A stretch of DNA of 60,788 bases, counting the filler, from Bipalium vagum (Eukaryota), in the NCBI GenBank assembly GCA_037834085.1. It is 3 parts of 3 records of this genome, joined end to end, with 100 filler letters (N's around TTAATTAATTAA, not from the genome) between each part and the next. Parts side by side here need not be neighbours in the genome. Positions count along the whole stretch, not along the records: positions 37,212 to 60,788 come from JBBMKC010207598.1; 2 more parts are not named here. The stretch is one strand, 5' to 3'. The number at the start of each line of letters is the position of its first letter. The first letter of the stretch is position 1. Shown here piece after piece: positions 52,771 to 60,788 of this stretch. The notes beneath the pieces are model-generated. The model had not been told where the DNA came from. It saw nothing but the letters and a program-made list of their open reading frames with translations, and did no database searches. Both the position numbers and the translations under genes were made by a program.

Positions 52771-54123
52771 AAATATTTCGAATAAATTATCCTTTTCGTT
52801 TTATGTTTACTTGATATTTATATTACTTATTAAATAAATAATCAGTAAATTTATAATATTTTAAAAAAATATAATGGTGCTTCGTTTTTCTATGGAAGAG
52901 AAAAATCAAAATGTTCTGTGAAGTGTTAATTTAGAAATTGAAAGAAATCACTGAAGAAAGTGATCTGACATTGAAAACCACCAAGTAAGTCAAATATAAA
53001 ACGAATGAAAAAGTTTAAAAAGAATGGGAGTGTGAAAAAGTTTGAAAATTGAAAATAATTAAAAATTTCAAGAAATGGTTGAGGGATCACCGGTGCACTG
53101 TTCATATACGGTAAGATACTGATTGGACAAATAGTTCCTTAATCTGTGGATTGCGAGATTAAAGTAAATCTTTTTTTTTCATGTTATGCATTTTTCAGTA
53201 ATGTTTTCTAATATTTCTAACAATTGTTCATCACGTAGCCTCAGAGGAAGAAAGACATACCAAATGTGTACCATTTGATTAAAACATTATATAAACGGAT
53301 ATTCATGTTGAGTTATTAATTTTAAAAATGTATTAATGTTTAAAAAATTTTTAATAATAAATTTATTCTGGATAATTATACGGTTCTCAAGCAATTATTT
53401 TTATTGTATTTTATGAGAAATAATCTCGGTTTTCTAAGCTATACACATTTTAATTTATACAAAAGATCTTTTTATATTATTATTATTATTATAATTATTA
53501 ATTATAATAATTATTTTACAACTCTCAATTATTATCTAAGATTATAATAATCATTAATTAAATATACTACGAAATATAATAATCATGTTTGTAATATTTA
53601 ATGACAATTTTCATCGAATCAAATTTGAGTAATTAATATTTTGTTTTCATTTCATAAATATTTTAAGTGAAATAATTAAATTAATTAAATTATTAATTAA
53701 TATTTCATTTAAAAATGAAACAAATGACCGTATGATAATTTATTTTAACACGAACATTTGTTGAAAAATTATAATTGTTAATGAATCAATCTGTTTCTGT
53801 TACTTAATAAAAATACAATTTCTCAAGGCTCCCGTTCACCATAAGTTTTCAGTAGTAATATTTTTAATGAATTACTGAAGGAGGTTGTTTGCAAATTAGG
53901 GAAAGATTAGAAAATAATTATTTACTAATGTGTCTTAAAGAAATGTGAGAACGTAGTTCTAATCCTTAAGAGAAAAGTGTACCATATGTCTCCTGAAAAT
54001 CCCAACCGTGATTAAGTGACGATTATAATAAAGGTTTGACGGATCATAAAGTATATTATATATTCATCTAGTATACATAAGTACAGTTTTTTATGAAAAT
54101 CATAAATTATTATAAATTGTATT

Positions 54124-55200
54124 TTAGGTGACCTAAAAAGTTTCCGGCGTTTTCATTATAGAATGTTAATTTACCCTTATAAGCAAGTTATAAGTTTAAA
54201 ATTGAATTTAAATAAATCGATTACTAAAATCAATTCCTTAGAATAAATAATTTTTAAAAATTATATTAATATCATTTGTTTATCCGATTAAAAAGATTTT
54301 GCAAAAAATTCAAATTCCTAAAATAGAAAATTTCAGTCAAAATATGTCGTTTATGGGTCTGATACCACATCAGAAAGATCGGTGTGAGAGTGGATTGCTC
54401 GATTCCCCAAATCAGCTTTGCATTGGAAGATAAGCTTTGTTCTGGTCGACAAATCACAGATAAAGACAACGAAATCATGAAAATAATTAAGCAAGACCAT
54501 GTCATACACAGTTATGATCTAAACATTTGTCAAACTTTTTTAATCATCTGGAAAAATCTGGGTTACAAGAAAAAGCTCATAGTTTATCTGAAAAGAATTT
54601 AATCATCAGAATATCTGTTTGTGAATCTTTATTGAAAAAAATGACCTGTGACCATTTCTTAAAATTATGAACACTGTAAATGAAGCATGTAAATTGAGAT
54701 TATCTTCAGGTGATATTAGTTATTTTTCTAGGATTTGAAAGGAATCGTACATTGTTAGATACAGGATTCTGGTCAAACAATCGACTCTTTATTCTATTGT
54801 CAGCAACTTGAAAGACTACAACAGGCGATGAAATAACAGCCAATAATACACTCAACAGAAAAGAGCATTTTCTACCATCACGAAAACGCCCTACCACACT
54901 CGTCTTTAATAACTTACCAAAAATTTAAAGAACATGATTAGGATGCATCCAGTGTCCAGTCCCAGATATCGGACCGTCGGACTACCAATAATTTCTATCT
55001 GTGCAGAATTATCTTAATTGAATTCGAATGGTTTCAAGAGAAGACTGTGTGAAGTACATTATGCAGAGTTTTGATCAGAAATCTCAGAAGTTCAAATGGG
55101 TGTTCTACAGTTAATTTACAAGATAAAGGCAAACAAATTTAGCACAAAATGGAACATATTTGATTCACTAAGATTTATTTGTTTTATGGAAAAAAGTGTT
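54124..55200 (+). mobile_element. Decayed mariner element
   Basis: TIR-like ttaggtgacctaaaaagtttccggcg; FALEDKLCSGR..IWKNLGYKKKL; PDIGPSDY..FLSVQNYL. Confidence 0.75.
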
Positions 55201-56529
55201 TTGGTTGTCACAGAGGTTTGAGATGAGATTAAAACATGTCATGAGTGATAAATCTCGGAAGGCATTGATTAAGATATTAGGATCCACAATGGATGTGCTT
55301 AAGTCTGGTAGAAAAATTGGAAAGATATTTCAGCAAAATAATCCAAAAAGAATATTTAACAAAAATAATAATATAAAAAAAATAAAATAATAAAAATAGT
55401 ATTATTTTTCTCAAATAGTTTTGAAATTCCTCACGACCATTAAAACAAAAATTAGAGTTTTCCGGTTGGTAATTGTAGAATAATAATCTTTAAATAAATA
55501 ATATTATTTTATTATTCTTTATTTTCTTCCAAAATAATTATCATTTCTTTAAAAGACCTTTTTGGCGTTGAATTTTTTAATAGAAAAATCTTGACCCGTA
55601 TTAATGTTAGAGCTTTGATTACTGATTTTCATTTGAGAAAACTGAAAAATATTGGAGAAACGGAGAAAAGCAACTGATCATTATCTAAAGAAAAAGGAAA
55701 GGGTCGTTTCTGAATTAAAGAACAACATTCATTCTTTGTAATTAACAATTTGCCTAATGCTTTCGTTGGAAATTACTATTTTCCTGTATTTAATACCACA
55801 ACGCTGTCCTCATATCCCAGGCAATGAATTCCAAGATAAAATTAATTAAAAACCTCACCTTGTTTATTTGAATCACACATAGCAACCGTTGGTAGGGACA
55901 TGATTGACATTTATTTTAAAATAAATACAAAAACCCCGTTCTTTTTATATGATAAACGTCTGAGAAAATCAGTAGTTAATGAAAACTTTTGTTTATTTTC
56001 TAAAACATTTCAGAGAACAAAAATGACTGGAAATAAATAAATAAATAATGTAAATATATATTACAGCACTCCATGATTGTGTCAATCACGAATCAATATG
56101 AAAATGGAAACCAGAAATAATTATCTAGAACATAGAGATCTTTTTTGAATCGTTTCGTTAATTCTTTCTTGCAAGACTTGGTAGTTCCTAAGACCCACCT
56201 AGGGTGAAAAAAATATAGTTGGAGAAACACTTACAAACGGTTAGATTAACTAAGCAAAGTACCTTTGACAAGTTTCCTTTGCCAATTCTAAATTGGTAAG
56301 GGTCCAAAGAATTTTAAGTCTGCACTTACAGTTTCTTTTTTTTCGTATTCAACAAGAGTTAGCTTTCTGTTCAAGTACTTTGTGCAAAAGTATTTAGCAA
56401 TGATTTTTGAGGAATGACCCTTATTTCATATTGACGGTATTGTGTAAATTAATGTGAACACAAATGAAAAATATAAGGAAATCATTTATTGATTTCAAAC
56501 AAAGAAAAGAAGGTAGTAAATTTTATTTT

Positions 56530-57110
56530 ATCAGGAAATATATCCTTCGAAAGCTTTATAACTTCTTTCACGATTTCTCACACAGAATCAACAATTTTCA
56601 GTTTTTTACAGTTTCCTGATATTTCCTGGTCTTGAAGTCATATTTGGATTGACTTTTCAAATGGTTTTGTTTTCGTTGGAAAATCCATTTTACGATGTCT
56701 AGCATTTACAAAAGCACAAAGACTTTTGAAAGGATCTAGATTCGGTGCGTTTCCTGGTCATTCAAAACATGAAATCGTTTTGTCCTGGAAATATTTCATC
56801 ATATCCTTTGAGAAATGACATGCAGCCGAATCTTGTTGAAAGACTTCATGGCCATTGGTATCCGCAGCGAAATAAAATGACCGCTACTCTTCAGATAATT
56901 TGGAAAACATTTAAAGGTGTAAAGCGTATTGCATATTCACATTAATTTGCACAATGTTGTAATTTATTTTGGTCTTAAGAGAATGTCCCGAGTTGCTATT
57001 TATAGAATGTTATTCGGTCTTTCGTATACATATGACAGTATATCAAGACCTAAACGGAATCTCTCAAATTTTAGTAAAAGGTGGAGTCATTCTTGTATAT
57101 CTAATAGAAA
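56530..57110 (-). mobile_element. Tc1-like transposase 3' remnant
   Basis: VFQQDSAACHFSK..FE*PGNAPNLDPF (compare FQQD.APCH..WPGNSPDLNPIE). Confidence 0.75.
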
Positions 57111-57881
57111 CTCAAAAAATATATAAATAAAATAATTTTTAATGTTTAATAAATAAATAAAAAATATAAAAAGAAAGAAAAAGTTCAAAAAAGAAAGTTT
57201 TCAGTAATTCGTTATGCATCTCTCTCTCTTTTTCTCTAATTACGGAACGAATCTCCCGTCAATTATAGCCAAAATATTAATTAACGACAAAATTAAATAA
57301 TTAACCACAACCTGTTTGTTAAATCGATACCAGAAAGATACATGTGATCATATGTAAATATTATTATAGGTTGTCAGCCATGTGTTATGATAATGAAAAC
57401 CATGTGCATTGGCAAGAGAGCAATTAGTGGAACATCAAATACTACTATCAAGACTACTATGAAAACGAATAGAGAAAGATAGAAGAAAGTTGGAATAATG
57501 TAAATAAAATTAAAATAGTTGAGTCTTTCAGAATTCAGATGTGAGGAAGAAATATAAATAAAAGAAACAGCAAAATTGATTCTACCATATATAGAGATAT
57601 GACACCTAATCAAGAGTTAAAAAGGCATTAATCTAATACATTTAGTTTCTCATGTAGACGGTTACGTCTAGGTGAATATCACCCGGCTGACATCTACCTG
57701 ATATCCATTATTTAATGATAATTTTAATTGATTTTTGATAGTTCTTTAACTGTCAGAACATTTAGAAATTTTTGTCTGGTTCCAACTATACTAAAAAATG
57801 TCGACCTTTATAAACAAGAACCTATTCACTTATAAATATCAATAATAATCATTTCAGAAAAACATTATTTTTATTTAAATA

Positions 57882-59185
57882 CAGGGCGAGTCAGCTATTT
57901 GAGGACAAAAATTGTTAAAATATACAATGATAATTTTTTTGGTGGCGCTAAAATTGATTTGCAATATTTATTGATACAACATTAAATAATTATTTTTTAG
58001 TTTAGAAATGGAAGATATAACTTTTGAATTAACAAAAGAAATGAAAATGCATACAGTTATTCTTGCATTAGCCGCCGGACACAGTGACTTAGAAATTTCC
58101 TAATTTCTTAAAGTGGCCAGATCGTTGGTCAATAAAATTAGAAAGCAATGTTTAACATCTGATCAAAATGTTTTCTCTATATCTAAAAGAAAAACACATT
58201 CCTTTCGTTCAGACATTGTCAGAAATGTTAATTTTGTTCAAAAAGTACATGATGTTGTTCATGAAAGTCCCGGAACATCAATGAGAGAAATTGCCGATCG
58301 ACTATCGGTTTTTGAGTCAACAGTAAGACGAACGGTAAACAATGGTTTAAAATGCAAGTCCTACGTCATGAAAAGAAGACATTTTTTATCGGCAAAAAGC
58401 AAAGAAAATTGTTTAAACGCTCGAAATGTCTTTTAAACAAAATCAAGCAACCTGGTCATCCAAACATGCTATGGTTCTTTTCTGATAAAAAACCTTTTAC
58501 TCAAAATCAAATTGTTAATAAAAGGAACGATTGATGGTTGTGCTGCAGTGCTTCTGATGTCACTAATGTTATACACACCAAGATTTTATCATCTTTAATG
58601 ATATTGGGTGTTGTGAGCAGCGAAGGTCATGTTATGCCTCCGTATTTCTTTCCACAGGAACTTAGAATTAATGCATCTCTTTATATCGAGTGTCAGGATA
58701 CATATGTGAAGCCCTGGATTGAAAAAGTTACCCACGGAAGATCTTATGTGTTACAACAAGACTCAGCTCCCTGCCATACAGCATTAAATACACAAAATGG
58801 CTATCGCTAAATTTTAGCGACCATGTCACTCCAAACTTATGGCAACCTAGCTCACTCGATTTAAGTCCTTTGGAATATTTCGTATGAGGCGTTGTAGAGA
58901 AGGAGACGAACAAACATTCTCATAATACCAAAGATTCATAACGGGATTCTATAAGTTCTGCTATAATAAATATGAACAAAAACCATTTGATCGCGGCTTT
59001 TAAGCTTTTCAGAAGCCGTCTTGAAGCTGTTATTGACACTGAAGGAGATTTTATTGAATAAATAAAACTTGTGAACTTAAAACAAATTAAGTTTCTAATA
59101 TTCCTTGAAAATATACATTCTTTTAGTTAAAAATAATACTTACCTTTAATATCAATTTTTTCCCTCAAATATATGACGCACCCTG
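57882..59185 (+). mobile_element. Full-length but inactivated DD37D (maT)-type Tc1/mariner element
   Basis: TIRs cagggcgagtcagctatttgaggacaaaaattg / caattttttccctcaaatatatgacgcaccctg with TA on both sides. Transposase 58008-59061 has WFFSDKK, VLQQDSAPCH and WQPSSLDLSPLEYFV, with frameshifts and stops. Confidence 0.9.
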
Positions 59186-60290
59186 TATGTTACTTTAAAA
59201 AAATTATGCCCCTAAAATAAGCACGATAATTAAACAACGGTGTGATACGCTTTTGTTTGTTTGTGAAAACAACTCTGTAAAAAATCATAAACAGTCATGT
59301 GATATGCACAAAAACGAGACAATTGATGTCAGCAAAGCTAGAAGATAAATTAATCGATTAACAACGAATTAGATTTTCATTGTAAAATAAAAATTATACT
59401 TTATTCATTTAATTTTGTCTATATATTTTTGAACAGGCCAAATTTTTTGAACGGCCAAATAATTATATATCAAATTCTAGGAAGTCTTATTTTTCTTCAG
59501 ATCTTCTTATTAATTATTCACAGGAAAATTTTATATATTATTTTTAAAACATTTTTTATCCACATACTTTAAATGGTATTTAATGTCAAAGTAACAGAGA
59601 TATTCATTATATATAAAATATTATGAAATATATCACAAGATATAAGAAGTGGTGTAAATTTTTCCTATATTAAAATAATAATTTCTTGAAACTTAATATT
59701 TAAACAAATATTTACGACATCTATTTATATCATGGAAAAGTGGGGGAAAGAAATTTGCAATTTTTTTTTTCAAAAAAAGAAAAACTAATTAAAATGCCAT
59801 TTTGAAAAAATAACAGAAAAAACAGTTTCGAGATAAACAAAATTTTAATTTAATTTATTTTACGTTCTTAATAAAACAGAGCAATTTTAGAAATAAAAAG
59901 AATAAAAAAGGTTCGTGTTTTCATTAAAAATATTTGTAAAAGAAATATTTATTAAAAATTTTAATTGGAAAATGTCTTTATTTTATTATTTTTGGAATTC
60001 AAAGATTCGTTTCGTTTAAGATATTTTTGGTAGAGCAATTATTACTTAATTTGTCAAAAAATTAAAACCATTTTAATAAATAAAAATATCTTTTTTAATA
60101 ATTATTTTTTTGTTTTTATTACATATGTAAATAAAATTTCTTTCATACTTAGAATGACATTTTTCAAATTCAGTGTAAATCAATACAAATTTTAAAAACA
60201 AAGAAAAAGTATTTTTAAATTTGACTGGGTTTTTATATTTAATTATTCATTTATTTTATTAAGTTTTATTTTTTATATATATTATAATAT

Positions 60291-60625
60291 TTGATAGCTC
60301 AGCCATTTCAATAGATATGTCGTCAACACAAGGTCGTACGATCAGTAAAGTTATCCAGAGTAATCAAATAACTGCCTTTCGACAGATTGATTTTGATCTA
60401 ATAAATCTGCCACTTCCGAAGTCACTGTTAAATATTCTGTCACCGCCATTCTATTAAATATTAGCTCTAGAATTTCCACAGTTATCTTGTAGCAATAAAG
60501 ATTAAATCTCTCAAATCCTGTTATAATGAGCCATCCGCGGTTTTAGATTACAAGTCTGTGTACTTAGACATGCATGGCTTAATCTTTGAGATAAACATAT
60601 GACTACTGGCAGGATCAACTAGATA
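60291..60625 (-). rRNA. 18S rRNA 5' fragment (~335 nt), truncated and mutated (rDNA pseudogene)
   Basis: Minus strand reads TATCTAGTTGATCCTGCCAGTAGTCATATG..CTCAAAGATTAAGCCATGCATGTCTAAGTAC..GATAACTGTGG.AATTCTAGAGCTAATA. Conserved positions carry substitutions and the sequence ends abruptly in AT-rich DNA. Confidence 0.93.
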
Positions 60626-60788
60626 TGTACCAATCGTGCTGCTTAATCAATAAGCAGTGGTTAAAAATATCTTTTGCGTCCAATAATACAATATTGACGG
60701 AATTCAGGTTGATAAATTAAAATATTTCCTGACACATCGAATATATCAACCAATCTTAATAGAAATATAACTAACCATCGATTAATTA

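Noticed and set aside
55855-55912. Possible first exon on minus strand (MSIMSLPTVAMCDSNKQ|GTGAG)
   Set aside because: No homology evidence, and it cannot supply the missing TM1-3 of the GPCR.
57374-57613. Hydrophobic 79-aa ORF upstream of the GPCR exon, same strand
   Set aside because: Lacks the GN, LAxxD and DRY motifs and a compatible donor; not supportable as the GPCR 5' exon.
1-60788. CRISPR arrays, operons, prokaryotic defence systems, hammerhead ribozymes
   Set aside because: Eukaryotic intron-containing DNA with no repeat-spacer arrays; the CTGANGA words I inspected lack the matching stems and GAAA core.

Overview
Very AT-rich animal genomic DNA, most likely a triclad flatworm (planarian); this is inferred from a triclad-like 18S rDNA fragment, the mariner load and the gene content. 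It is not prokaryotic: the genes have GT-AG introns. The window is probably three pieces joined by artificial 100-nt linkers (44 N + TTAATTAATTAA + 44 N at 20244-20343 and 37112-37211), so adjacency across them is unproven. Host genes: a single-coding-exon zinc-finger gene with three copies of an unusual ~110-120 aa C2H2-centred module (5706-7841, -); a 3-exon bHLH AP-4/TFAP4 gene (11703-15954, +); a 2-exon Six1/2 (sine oculis class) homeobox gene (22378-25164, -); and the 3' exon of an NPY/NPF-type GPCR (51354-52073, -). The rest is mostly decayed transposons: a Chapaev-like element split by nested insertions, a Merlin element, many mariner/Tc1/DD37D/IS630-like remnants, and a decayed NeSL/Utopia-like non-LTR retrotransposon with a restriction-like endonuclease (RLE). 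There is also a tRNA-derived fragment and a 5' 18S rRNA pseudogene fragment. I cannot demonstrate a clearly new multi-gene system. The best novelty candidates are the repeated zinc-finger module and the Utopia-like element that is not at a U2 gene.
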